Translations under genes and position numbers: made by a program
The notes under the pieces: generated by a model
Database searches by the model: none
Seen by the model: the letters and a program-made list of their open reading frames with translations, nothing else
What the model was told of the DNA's origin: nothing
Origin: Octopus sinensis
Taxonomy: Eukaryota
DNA length: 64,000 nt
Reading direction: 5' to 3'
Assembly (NCBI RefSeq): GCF_006345805.1
Contig: NC_043004.1
Coordinates: forward strand, 86,676,001-86,740,000
Shown: positions 28,501-43,500 of the stretch, piece after piece
Layout of the letters: every line of letters starts with the position of its first letter
Numbering within the stretch: the first letter of the stretch is position 1

Positions 28501-31500
28501 CCATTTGCACATGCTGAAGTTGTCTGCATGATGGATTCCCCAGATGCTCATACCTTTACAGAAGCAGGAATAAGTCAATTGCTCCCAGGCTCTTTTGGCA
28601 ATATGCCAAGAAAATGAGGTGACTTTTCGGCAGACTTATCACACAGGATGAAACATGGATCTATCACTACTACCATCTTGAGACTGAGCAGTTGAAGCAA
28701 TGGAAGCAGAACTCACGATATACAAAGATTGCTCGTGTCCAAACATCAGCAGACAAGGTGATGCTCAGTCTTTTGGGACTAGTGCAGAGTAGTGATGATG
28801 AATTTTCTGGCAAAGGGCACCACAATTAATGGGGCATATTATGCTTCCCTGCTGACAGAAATTGCAGAACACCATCAAAGCAGAGAGGTGTGGCATGCTG
28901 ACCAAAGGAGTTTGCCTCCTCCGAGACAATACCCCAGTTCACAATGCACATGTTGCCCAAATGAAAGCACACTCCTGTGGCTATGAAACCCTTCCTCACC
29001 CGACCTTGCATCATCTGACTCCCACCTCTTTTCCAACACATGAAGTTTCGTTTCAAGAGGAAGCACTTTTTGGATGACGATGGACTTATTTCTAAGGTAG
29101 AATCTTGGCTCCAGGTGCAGCCTACCAACTTCTATAGACAAGGTCTTCACAGCTGCATTAAGCGATGGGAGGAGTGTGTCACCATTGGTGGTGGCTACAT
29201 AGAGAAGGACTAATAATTATGCCAAGTTTCGTTTATTTGAGTCCTTGAGAAGTGGATCAGAGGAAATCTTTAATGAACACCCCTTGTACACACACGTTCT
29301 GCAAATTAGGATATTTTTCTGCATTGCTTTTACAGTTGATTTACCACACTACTAGCATCCATTTGTCAGTAAAGTAAAAATGAAAACCAGCAGTTACATT
29401 GTTTAGTTTCTTACTCAGCACTGATCAAAGGCATTCAAGTCATTACTATACTACAAAAGTGCATCCCAGTTTACATTACTCAAAGTGCCTTAATTTGAGA
29501 TAATAGTAAAGCAACCGTGTAAGGCTCTCTCATTGGTTTATGCAGAGTTATGTACCTTCCTCAGTATATGAACAAAATAATCGATTAGTTAGTGAACTAC
29601 GTATCTCCTTAATTACCAGCTAGTTTAATACTGACTTCCTATCCTTTGGACTGAGTGGATTCCTTGCTGGTTTGAGAAAGAATGCAATTTTTATAACTGC
29701 AACAAAATCTGAGAGAAACACACAGATCAGTTTTTTAATTTTACACTTAAAAAAATTTTTAAATTATGAAAGTCTATTGTGGAATTTGATCTCAGCATAG
29801 AACTGTAACTAACATTGCAAGATATTCTAACACTTTTAACTCTGCTAATTCTTTGCCCTAACGGTTTAGTTTTAAACATCTTGTACTACCAAAATCCTTA
29901 GATAAACATCTGTTTACCAAATGCTGAGCAGCTCATTGTACAACTAAGAACACATCACTAATAGGATCAACCAACTGCTGCCCATCAAGTGAGATACTTT
30001 CAGCCATTAAGGTAACAAAGTCTAAAGTTAAAGCAGCTTATTACCCTGAAACAGAATATCCCCAAGCAGGTCCAAACTTCTCTTTAAGTGCCATAATATA
30101 CACACATAATTGCACTTCTCATGACAACATTCACCTATGACCTGGCAATCACTATCATGAGTATCTTTGCTGTAAACCAGCACTGTTGGATACTGATTTT
30201 ACTTTCACACACCAATCTTCTCTAGCTTTTGATAAATTCAGTGCAGACAAAGTTGTTGCTCTTGAGCAAACACAATCTTAAATGTATAGGTAATGTGTAA
30301 ATAGTAAATGGCTATGAGTTTAATTATCTTTCCAGCCTTCAACCTTCCAATCATGAAAACATGAAAATCAATTGACTCAAAAATCTAACAGATTTATTGT
30401 GTAAGAAACCAATAAGCTACTGGTTCAGTATTTAGTGAAATATTTGATACAATGGAATACACAGGAGCAACATAACATGTCAAATATAACTGCTTGAAAA
30501 ACTTACTGTAAAATTCTATTTCAGAAAAGCATTTTAAATTGTAATTTGTATTCAAGATTTTATAGTTTAGATAGAACTGTATTTTCTATATGAATATCAT
30601 AATGGAATATACATACATGTTTTATAAAGATTGATGCTTAGGCAAACACTAGCTATTTATGCAAACTTTATAGGGGATATAGCTGCGCCACTAGTCATCT
30701 AGCATAATCTGGATCATTTCAACTTAATTTTCTTACAGAACTTTTCAAGGATAATTTCTAGTTTCAAAATAAGTGAATATTATTTTGCAGTCTAACAGCT
30801 CCCAACATGACTGCATTAGAGAAAGAACTTGAAGAAATTATGACACTTATAAAAAAAATACCAGTATTTTATAAGCTAAATATTAGCAGGCTCAATTTGA
30901 AATACTATCTCTAAAACCTCTCCATTTTTTTTTAGGCAGAGTGAGAGGTGCTAAGAAATAGACAAATGCTATTTTAGAATAGAAGCTAAGTACAATTCAC
31001 ATAATATACATTTCCAAAAGAAATTTATACCCAAAGCATTACTTACATTTACTATGTAAATTGGCATTGTGCTTGCTTGGAGCTTTATTTTCTTGTAACT
31101 TGTTATCTGTTCCCTTGTTCGGCCTGGAAGATACAAGAACATGTTTGAATACAACATTTATTTTTAATCTGATTTTGATGAATGAATGAAGAGAAATAGG
31201 AAGATTAAGCAAACAAAACAAAAGTCATTCAAATATCTCAAAACATATAGAGAGAAATATATCTGAACATTGGTGCACTTGCTCCTACTGTTGGGGAAAG
31301 AAAGCAACATAAACACATGAAAGTGCAATAGTGAGAACCCACCCCCAAAGTGAAACTGATAGTAGTGCTTTCTATACAGATTAGTTTTAATACAGTTAGT
31401 ACAATTGAGATTGAGGTAGAAAAAACAGCAGGACTATCACTAATACTCGCTCAGATGTTAAGATCATCAAGCCAAGTTGGTATTGCGCTTATTTCTTAGT

Positions 31501-34500
31501 TAAGCGCATTGTGCAAGACAGTGTTATCTCCAACAGTTAATGTATTGGCTTCAACATAAACTAACACAAAGGAACAATAACAGAGTCTCAAACTGACAGG
31601 TTAAGTCTTGAATCCAGTTAAAACCTTAGCAATGTAAGCACAGAATAAGGTTATTTTTGAGATGACATTTGGAGTTGTATCAGAACATGGAACCACAAGT
31701 GCCATATTTCTCGTGAAACAGCTGCAAAGAAAGTTCTAAGCAAAGAACGACCCAATCTCCCCATAATCTTGTGTAAATGGTATAAGAGAGCAGTGCAAAG
31801 AATGATGTTTAAAAAAAAGAGTCTTAAAAATGGTTAGCAGTAATTACATTGTACAAGTAGCTGTTCAGTAGAGATCTCTCCTCAACCCTTATTATCTGAA
31901 GAGGCCAGAGAAAGATGATTTATTATGACTTATTGAACATGCAACAATCACAGTACAGTCATTCTTGTCATGACCATCAGAAATTAGCAAAATCTACAAT
32001 ATTTTCAATCGTCAACATTTTTTTCTAGTCACCCAAACAACAATTCCAGATTCTCAAACCTGTGGTTTGGATGATTTACAAAATAGCAGAAAGCTTTAAT
32101 ATTGACACAATATAATGACTGATGGGCAATATTAAATTACATGTAAAATGGAAAACCGAAAAAGTTAATCAAAAGAGTAACTAAGTATTAGTGGTGTGAA
32201 CCTATATTCAGAAGAGACGACCAAAATGATACAGAATACCAGTAGAGAAAGACTAAGGTATATATAGGAAGAAGTGTTGTAATGAAATCCAAGAGGTTAG
32301 GCCTCGCAGATAAAGAAAGTGCAATAATAATGACAATATGCTGCACTGCCAATGCCTCCAACCCTGATAACATGAACATGCTATAATGATTACTGGCATC
32401 CTTCTTGAAAAAGACTTGAAAATGTTCAACAACAGAAGTTAGGTTCAGTCCCATTATGTTGCCCTTTGTGTAAGTCTTCAACTACAGCCCTGGACTATTA
32501 AAACTTTTGAATGTCTTTCATAGATGGAAACTGAAAGAAGCCTGTTGTGCATGTGCTTGTTTACATTTGCACTTATCTAAAACTGCTGAGTTACAAATGG
32601 TGACGACATTTCCTGTCAACAAATCATCCACTGGCTTTGTTCATTCAAAGATGTGTGGAGTAAGAAATCCCAAACAGGAAAGGCATCCAGTTGTAAAATA
32701 GTGAGTGCCTCAGTGTACAAAACTCTAATCAAAAGGACAATTCTCACCCCACCCTTTCTGCCAGTCTTATTTTCCACTTTTCCTTATTTCTCCTCATTTT
32801 TATTTTTCTATTTTCATAAATACATAAAAAATATTATTATTGTTAACACTGATAATTAAGATGATAAAACAAACTGTGAACATAAAGCCTTATAAATGAA
32901 AGCAAAAATAAAGAACATCCTATATTGCAGAGTGAAACAAAGCTAATAATGGTTTCGAATTTTGGTGCAAAGCCAGCAATTTCAGGGAAGGACCTAAGTT
33001 AATTACACCGACCCCAGTCCTTTACTGGTACTTATTTTATCAACCTCAAAAGGACAGCAGGTAAAGTTGACCCTGGCAGAATTTGAATGCAGAATGAGAA
33101 GACTGATGAAATGTTGCAAAGAATTTTGCCTGACATGCTAACAATTCTGCTTGCTCATTGACTTAAAGCTAATAATTCTTTCTACTATAGGCACAAGGCC
33201 TGAAATTTGGGGGGAGGGGGCCAGTCAATTAGATCGACCTCAGTATGCAACTGGTACTTAATTTATCAACCCTGAAAGGATGAAAGGCAAAGCTGACCTC
33301 AGCAGAATTTGAACTCAGAACATAAAGACAGATGAAATACTGCTAAGCATTTCGTTCAGCATGCTAACATTTCTGCCAGCTCACCACATTAAACAAAGCT
33401 AATAATAGTTTTATTTATACTAGACATAAGATACCTTCAGGACTCATGTTTGAGAATTCAATTCCCCAGTGAGATTTAAACATTTAACAATATATTTACA
33501 ATATAGAGTTTCTACACAGTTGCTCGACCTACTACAAACAGAAGACAAACTTTTAACTTTGCAACCTATCATTTGAGAAAAGACATTGATAATAGGGTCC
33601 TAGATGCCTTATGCCAAGTAAAAGGACAAGGATAGTCATGATCAGAATGTCTTAAGAGATTAACTTAACCAGGGCTGATGTAGGTTTGAACAGCAACAAC
33701 TATTTTATGTAGAAACGTTACCATTTTAAAAGTACTATTTATCATTTCTAGTGATAAAAGTTATGATCAGTTGTAAGGAAAATTTTGAATATAAACACTA
33801 GTAATGCTTTCAATATTAGTGACAGCATTATGCTTAAATTATTTCAAAACAAACCACATTTCCAAAGATTTAGAGATGTTTTCTTTTGTTTTCATTTTAA
33901 TTTTCTCTTTCACCCAAAGTACTTTTATGTTTTTCACTTCAATTTAAAACCTACTTCATGAGACACTTTTATATGACATTCCTTAAATAATGATGATGCG
34001 GTAGGTTTTTACCACCCTAGAGCTCTCAGGCACCTCCTCCAAAGAGTGCTGTCAAAAATAATTATCACTACACTTTCCTGATGGATTCTTGAACATGACC
34101 AACTGAGACTATAGATGTTATCCACCCATCTCACTCTTGGTCTACATCTCCTGCCAGTTGGTTTGGCGTGATGAATTACTCTTAGAATCTTTTTCTGCCA
34201 CATTCTAATCACGTGCCTGTAGTTCTAGAGCTGTTATTTCTCAATGCAGAGAAGTAGCAGCTCAACTTAGAGAGACTCTCTGATCTCCAAGTGAAACACT
34301 CTGCAGGCAATTATCATCAGTGGTCTCATGGATAACAGTGTTATTTTAACTTTAGGTTATATCCAAGAACAGAACATTTGATGATGATGATGACTGGAGA
34401 TCAAACCAATCGAGAAGTGCAGATGAAATTATTAAAATAAATTTCATCTATGAGGGTAAGTTTGTCATATATATATTATCAAATGTTCATTAGCAAGATA

Positions 34501-37500
34501 ATTACATTTGCAGAATTACTTTCTTAGTTAATGCTGAATACTTGTAAGAAATAAATCAGAGTTGAGAAAAATATTTGAATATTTATGACATGCTCCATAT
34601 AAGATAATTTTAGTATAAGGCAAGAGAATATTATGTTGGATTTCTAATGTTACAAGGGGGAAACAACTTATAATGCATAGAAAGTTTAAGTAATTGAAAG
34701 GAAGATATATATGCCAAAGAACAGACCTTTTAATTTACATCCTTATTTTTAAAGATCTATTATGAAGTTAATGAGTGAGGATAATACTTAAGTTTCAATT
34801 CGTTTCTCTGATGAGGTCAACTACTAAATTTGGAAAATGTGATATGGAGGATCAATTGTTGAAAATATATGCAGTTATAGTAAGCATTTAAAACAGATCT
34901 ATATCTACAAATAATACAGGGGGAACATAAAACCAAATTTATACTTACATATCATGCCATTCTTTAGGTTTTTCCCACTGTGATACTTCTGTCTTACAAT
35001 TATAATAGTACTTTTTACCCGAAGAGCTAATGTGTTCTGACCAATCACCAAACACCCGCACTGCGGACTTTTGTACCTATTAAAAAAGATAAATATTAAA
35101 TAAACATTATAAGTTACAATAAAGATAAAAGGCTTTGCTGAAAAGACAATATTAGTGTTTCCATTAAAGAATAAATAAAGCATGTCTGATTATTGCTGCT
35201 GCATTCATTTGATTTACCTTGGTTCACATGTAAACTATCAGCTAGAAGGAACTAGTTATGAAATCCATTGGAATGTAAATAGTAGTACATCAGTACTGAA
35301 ATAATTACTTAGCTATCTAAAAATAACTGCTTTACACCATTTGAATATTTATATAAAAAAAAAATTATAACAAAATTAACAACTCTCAACAAGTACAGGA
35401 TTTTTAAGTAGGATGCAGGGTTATTATTCATGTTCATACTTCTCTCAAGAATATTCAGGACATAAATAAAACACCTCGTTCTATGTACAGAGGAATATAA
35501 TGCAAATCTTATTTGTGCTATACTAATCCCCAGGACTGATATTGAGAATTCAACTTAGCAAGCAGTCATTGGATAACTAAAAGAAATATATTTGCGATCT
35601 CAAAAAAATAAGATACTTTATAGGGTAGCATAGAGATACTAGAAATATCATACTCTTCAGTGAAATGAGGAGATAGGTATGTCCCTTTAAAGGTGTAAGA
35701 ATTTCAAATTATGATTAATCAATATTTAATTTGAAAGCAAAAAGCTTATAATAGCTGTAACGATGATTTGATTATTTCAACGACACTGTGTACTGTCTTG
35801 ACAAAGACAACACTCAAAAGCTCAATATACCTAGTTGTAAATTGGTGGAACACTTCATATTTGAGATGTATTTCATTACTTTGGTATATCTCAGCATTTC
35901 ACGTGTACTCATTTTAGATGTACATAGGTTAAACTGAAAATCCAATAATATGCACAAATCTATACTACAGTTTTATTATTTATCCAAAATGAATGTAGAT
36001 TAATAACTAATTTTATATTTCATTAAATGCGCTTGTTTATAATTAAAGAAGTTTTGAGATAAAAATCTTAAAGTAGTTTTATGTAAGAATATTTCATTAT
36101 GTTGCAAACACTACCATATTATATCAAAAAGCAAAGATGTAGATCTTTTATGAAAGCCTAAATTCTCTATTCTAGAATTTGATTAAAATAAATATATAGA
36201 ATGAAAGGATTTATATGTAGAAAGTGAAACACTTTCCATATATTAAATAGGAAGCTGAGAGATGGGGTGGCTCTGGGGGTAGCTAGTTATAGATAACTCA
36301 AAGTAGTTGAAGCTATTGTAATAACAGAAGGGCTAGAGAGGTTAAACATGTTTGTAAACCTATAGTCAAAATATTTTGTTAACTGAATCTTTGTAAATCA
36401 GACACATGACCCTTTGGATGCAATCTAAATCTGTATGTGTCGCAGCAGTATCCCCAAAATCTGAACAGTTATCTAATGTGGGGTTTTAAAGATAAGTTCC
36501 CACATTGAGTTTTATCGAGAATCAACAACTGATCAGATTTGAAGTGTTTGTTCAAAGAAAAGATTTTAGTTTTCATGATACAGTTTTAATAGCGTTATAG
36601 ATGTGAAAACAATGATGAACTAATTATATTGGTGAAAGTGACAGTAATGAAAGTAATAACAAGAAAAATATCTTCAACATTAACCAAAAACATCTGAAAA
36701 ACTTTGGACCAATAACTATCTCATACATTTAGAACATTGTGCTAAACACCAATTATTTTATATACATTGGAAATTCCCCAGTACAACATCAAATTTAATG
36801 ACTCATAGCAGTAATTGTCATATAAGAGAAAATGCTAAAAATTATTCCCTAATATAACCGCAAAACTAAAACTATTAAACTATATGGTCACTTTTAGTTT
36901 CAGTGATGCCCACCCCAGGATGCAAAATATCATCCAAACAACTGAAGCTTGGGTTTACAAAGTTGATTGCCCAACTGGCATTAAATTCACACAAAAATCA
37001 AATCAAGAGCACAATTACACTTTTAATCATATCCACAAAAAATTTAGGAATGATATACTTAATTTGCACATTAATATAGAAAAAGCAACAAAAATATTTT
37101 CTACAAAGATTAAATACACATTTCACAGAGAAGGAACAAAATTTACAGGCAAATATTTAAAACAACTAGAATTCGCATTTGACTCAAAACTAACTCTCTA
37201 TCTATCTATCTATCTATCTATATATATATAGATATATATATATATATATATTAAATATTCTAAAATACAGCTGGGGATTTAAAACTGTACAACCAATTTG
37301 GGACAAGAAACAGGCAATCGATATTAGAGAAGGAAAATGTAATTTTGTTTCTCCACTACATAAAACACAAACAAACTAGCTGCAAATCAACACAAATCTT
37401 TGTACATTAATACTAAGACAATAAAAAAAAGTATGGTAAATAACCTGCTAAATCACAACATGGTTGTGTGGTGAGACATTTGCTTCCCAACCACATGGTT

Positions 37501-40500
37501 CTAGGTTTAATCCTACAGTGTGGCAACTTGGGCGAGTGTCTTTTATTGCCCCAGGTTGACAAGCCTTGAGTGGATTTTAGAGATGGAAACTGAAAGATAC
37601 CCATCACAAACACACTTGACAATCGTTGTTGGTTTCTTTCTATCCCCATAACTTAGTGGTTCGATGAAAGAGACTGATAAGTACTGGGGTTAATTAGTTT
37701 GACTAAAACCCATTGAGGTGGTGCCCCAGCATGGTCACAGTCCAATGACCGAAAGAAATAAAAGAAAAAAGGTCACTGAATAAACATGACACTCAAAACT
37801 TATTCCAACAAATATTTATCAACATACAAACTAGCAATCATAGAAAAATAGTATATAAACAATCTAGTACCAGAATCAAAATATTGCTCAATTATCAAAA
37901 ATACACCTATCAAAGCTGGCTTGCCAATCACACATATACAAGCCTCTCATACTGCAGATCCCATAGTCACACACATTATGCACAAACACAAAAACTATAG
38001 CAAGAACTATTAAGACATTACCAAAAAGATGTGACTGACCTAATGATCATATGAAAGTAATTGATATGGTCAGGGAGGCTGGAATTCCAGCACCAGTTGA
38101 TATTATGAGAATGGAGTCAGTATATGAAATCATATTTTCAAAACCAACTCCATTTTTCTCATTACATTCTTAAATGATATTAAAACAGATTTAATGAAGA
38201 AATTTCTTTTTTAATTGGAAATATTAGTTAGACTAAATACTTAAATTTAGTTTTATGTTCTGACTTCAGAGAAATTAGTGTAACCTCCTATTCACAATTT
38301 GTGGCCTCATGCAAATAAAAGAAATCATTATCATTAACTGTTTGTATGAGGAACAAGACCAAAGCTCAAGGGTGTATATAGCAGGCAGGATTAGTTAGTG
38401 AATGTCTAGTTTAAATTGTGGATTAATACATTCTGAGAAGAACAGTTTTAAGGATATAAGATTCAACAGAATGCTGAATGAAGACCAGAGGAATAGGGTA
38501 GCAACAAGATGGGCATGACAAAAACCCAACAGACTACATACAAGGTAGAGAACAAAGGGGTGAATGTAGAGCCAGAGACTTGTAAGGATAGGTTTATTCT
38601 TGCAAATGGCATTTCCTGGAAAAAAGATCTTGTAGTTCAATGAAATGAGGAAGTAAAACCCCACTGTGGTGGAGAATATCTGAGCCAGTAAATATTCACA
38701 ACTGAAGTATTTTTTGACAGTGAAATTTGTACAATATTGCTGATGTGTATTTTCCAACAGATAATAAAGTTAAAAAATCAAAAATAGGTCCCATCATTTT
38801 AATGAAGTTGTCATCACAACTAAGAATTTAATGGGACAATTCTGAGTGATATTTGTTCTTAAGTTACTAAGATTACTTGTCTGAAGTGTGTTGAGACATG
38901 TTTAAGTAGTTAAAAAGTTGATACACATCAGGGAAGTAGAGAACTGCATATTAAGTAAGAGAGAGAGTATATTTGCTAAAAAGTGAACAGTATAAAAGGT
39001 TATCAAAACAAGACAACTAAATATGCCCTACACACAGCGTAACATAAGTCACCAGTGGAACTGACTATACCACTAAGGAGAAAAAGGCAAAGTGATGAAC
39101 ATATACATTTATGATGGTTTCCAAAGCCTTGGCTGCATCTAAGATAAGACTGGTCAATCAAAGAAGTTGGCCCTCTTATGGTTGAGTCTCACAGTTGAAT
39201 GCTTCTGTAGTCTGGAGTAACAATGGCAACATATTCCAAGGCAATTTGTTTTACAGTTAGGAGTTACGTGTTATTTAAATAAGTTATTTATATAATCTAA
39301 CTAGCCATGCTTAAATTTTGAAATCTGATCAAGATGATTATCATGACAATTACTATTTTCAATTTTATCATACCATACTTAACACTATGACCACAGTAAG
39401 ATGGAAGCTAGTTGCCAGGATTCTGAATACCAGAGACAATCATGAACTCATATACCACTACCCATGTAGTCAAAAAAGAAAAAAAAGGAAAGAATTTAGG
39501 AAACATTCACAGAGCTTTTGACTTGATAATTTGCCTAAATAATAGCCATATTTTATAAGATTTCTTCTCATTAACATTTCTTGTTCAAGTATACCAACAG
39601 TTGCTCCTAGAATCACACAAACTTCTAAGAGGAGAAGAGATATGCAACGAGATAAAAACCACATTTATGCACAAGTCAATTACTGTATACCTATAGACTG
39701 AGTGGAGAAGAGTAAGTAACAAGAGGTTTCTAAAATAGAAATATGTAGGGAAGTGTTTAAGAAAAGCTGTTTGGAAAGGGATTACAGGTAGCAATATAAG
39801 CAAGTAGATATTTCAGTTATTACCCAGCTGATGTACAACTATCAAAACACACTGAGAAAGTTACATGTGAGTATCCAGTTCAAGAGTTTTGTCTGATCTG
39901 TTTGACACTGTAGTTTTGTAAAGAATTAACATCAGTAAATAACTAGCAAAATAACAATAAATTAAATTCTGGAAAATGATTTCAGACATAGTTTTTATAT
40001 GCCTGAAATAGTTAATTGTATTATTTAAGCAATGTTTAAAAGCTAAAGTTTTAGGGAAACATTAGATGCTAATTCATAATATATTAAAGGGTTATATATA
40101 GCCCTAGCATTTCAAGATGAAATTTTACAAATTTTATAGTGATGTAGAGAGAGATAGTAATGAAATCCCTCTCAAATCTCACCATATCATCCTACATGGA
40201 ACAATGTAGCCCAAGGGGCACAATATATGAATTAAGTACAATATTGTCATGACTAGAACTTAAACTAAAGTCTGCTTGGTTAGGTCTGATCTAGAGCTGA
40301 ACAACAACATGTATGTTTACACACAATATTCGATGTCAGTTTATAGTTGAAAGAACATTTTCACACCCCTAAAACTTTAAACTCCGAATAAAAAAAACAA
40401 ACTCCTAAGCTCATTATGCATATTAATGAAAATATGGAAGAACTATGAGAAATACAAGCTCAATCCATTTCTAGTTTCTTAGCAAAACTCAAATCTATAG

Positions 40501-43500
40501 ACAACTTTGTGAACACTAAAATGTTCAAAATTCAATGGGGTTTTTTTTTTTATTTTTTTTTTTTTTACAAGTTGGCATTTAGTTTGCAAAACTTGAAAAT
40601 TCACCACCACCACCAAAGGTATGTGCTAACTTCATGATTTCCAGTGTGTGTAAAACCCAAGAGTAAACAGTTTTAGTCAACTATATATATATCATGTTTT
40701 GGGGGTGTTGGCATTCATATCACCAACTACTTTAAAATGTAGAATGAGTGCATTTTATTGTGCCAAACATCAGAGGAGGTCCACAACAAGATAAAAACAA
40801 CCATTGTATCCTATAACACTTTCCATTTAGAGTTAATATTCACCAAGACAGGTTGACCACCTAGATTTGCAATGTCCACTTCCCACTTGTTTATTAATTT
40901 TACTTCTTAAAGCAGCAAGCCGATAAAATTGTTAGCAAGTTAGGTAATAAATGCTTAAGGGCATTTCTCCCAACACTATGTTCAGAGCTCAAATTCTACC
41001 AAGGTTGACTTTGCCTTTCAGGGTTTGATAAAATAAGTACCAGTTGAGCATGTAATCAACTACCCCCATCCCCAAACTGCTGACCTTGTCCCAATATTTA
41101 ATAACATTTTTTATAATCTTTTAACAATCATTTCTATTTACTATGTCTCAATGATGATGATGATGTCTTTTGTTTGTATTATTTAATCTATTTGCTACAT
41201 TTAAGCCAAGTTATCACTAAATCTGAAGCATTTGTGATTTTATATATATATTTTTTTTTATTACAAAAAAAAAAAAATTGGAAGAAATAGCATAAACATT
41301 CCAAGGATACAAAATTCATACTTTAACCATGTTGGACACAGGATTTATATCATGAGTTTGATGTAAAGATGAATAAGTAAAACATGACCACAGGTGATTT
41401 GAGATAGTATCAAACATAGTTGATTTAGTAATTAAAACAAGAATGAACTATCAAAAAGAGAGGAAAAAAAACAATTAGCACCAGAGGAAAAGAAAGTAAA
41501 ATAATGATTATTCAATAGTAACAAGGAGATCACATACTGTGAGGTCATTCACAAATTACATTTGTGAATAAATTACTTTTAGTAAAGATACAGTCTATTC
41601 TTATTTGTCCATAAGTTATAGGAGCTCAATATGAGATAATAATTATTGAAAATGTAACACTTTAGCTATAGAGAAGAAATAGCTGTGTTGGATAATAGAA
41701 ACTAATACCACTTGATTTCCAACACTAATTCCAGCAAGCCAGCAGATTACTTACCAATCAGATGGGCACAAAACAGGAAACAAAATAGGCAACAGCCAAA
41801 AATGTACCACTCAACATAGACTACTAATTAGTGACCTAAAGATTAAGAGCTGAACAATCTGGAGAAAGAAAGCACTGAAACAGAAGAATCTTTTGGCCAG
41901 AAGAAGGTGCCAATAAGTCTAGTTGACATGTATGAGGAGGAGGAGGAGGAAATACAGCCAGCTGGAAGTGTCTATGAAACAACCAGCTTCAAGCCACAGA
42001 CAAGATCTGAGAATAGAGCAAGGTGCCCCCAAGACAGAAGGTAACATGGTAGCAGAATAGTACAGTAACTAGAGCCATAAAAGCAAAAAAGACAAGCTTG
42101 GAAAAACAGGTAGAGTTGAGGGAAGGTGGAGACACTATCATGTTGCTAAAAGAAGTTAAATATCAGATATATGTAGCTAGGAGAAAATCTGAAAGGGATT
42201 TAGCAATGCTCTGCAATAAGAGGGTCAGAAGTATATAGAGTTCCAGATTGCAAAGCACTGTCACAGCAAATCATGATATTGAAAAACAGTATGTAAGTAA
42301 TGATAGCAGTGCACTTGCACTTACTGATGCCAAGAAGAAAGAGGCAAAGAAATATTACAAGAGGTTGCTGAATTAGAAGAATGCAAACAGAATTCCATAC
42401 ATTGTACTTAATGTAAATAATGTGTGCAGAAGAGATGTAGTGGGATCATAAGAAACTGACAGAGAAATTCATATATGCAGATGCACAAGAGTAGTTAGCA
42501 GTCAGAGCACATGTTAAATTCTCTGAATGCATAAAAGACTCCCTTGAGCTGATAGTAAGCTGTCCTAGTAGTTAATAGATTCTGTTATCTAGGTGACTTA
42601 ATTAGCAGTGGAGATGGTATTTCCAAAGCATAATAAGAGTAAGAATGGGTTGGAAAAAGTTCAGGAAGCTATTAATTTTGAAAGTAACATAGAGAAGAAT
42701 AGATAGTGTGATGCTTGAGTATGAAGTGTAAAGTTGCATGGTAGTGAAACAAGGTCAAGGGCATGAAATGCAGAAGATGTATGTAAAGGCAGGAAATAAA
42801 TGAACATTTTTCTGCTGGATGTGTAATGCTAGTGTGTATAAATGACAAGGCACAAATGAGTAGAGAGAAAATTTGGAATCAGTGTGCAGAAAAAAAAAGT
42901 ATGCTGGTATGAGCATTATACATGAAGGGCAGTTGAAAAAAAGGAGTGCCAAACATTCCAAATACAGGAACTTGTAAAAAGGAAGACACCAAGAAAGACA
43001 GGGAAACAAGTGGCAAAGATGAATGTTAAGAGGCTGGACCTATGAAGGAAATGATAAAGATTCACAAGTAACAAGATGCTGTGCCAGAGAAGATTCATCG
43101 ATGCATGCCAGCAGGGAAAAGACACAAAAATGATTTCTAAAAATATGAACGAAACTGAGAAGAATTTATACATCTTGAAATTTCCTAGATATATATATCA
43201 CTAAAAACTGTAGAATTCCAAGCTAGTCAAGGTCAACACAATGTCGGTCAGAAGGCCAAAGTATTAACAATAACCCACGAAATGCAGAACACAGTAGCTG
43301 AAGAGATTCATTGGTTGACATATAATAGCAATAAAATGAAGTATGATGATTTACTTTCAAGTAGATTAGACATACACAAACACACAAAACATATACCAAG
43401 TTAAAATATATTTCAAGTTCTTAAAAGAATATATACACACACACACACACACACTTTTTAAATAGAACAAAATATACAGAAAGCCAGTTCTGACTGGATT

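Noticed and set aside
29620-29712. Possible exon between the WW exon and the 25639 exon
   Set aside because: The required phase-2 frame hits TAG, and 31047-31123 already bridges the phases exactly.
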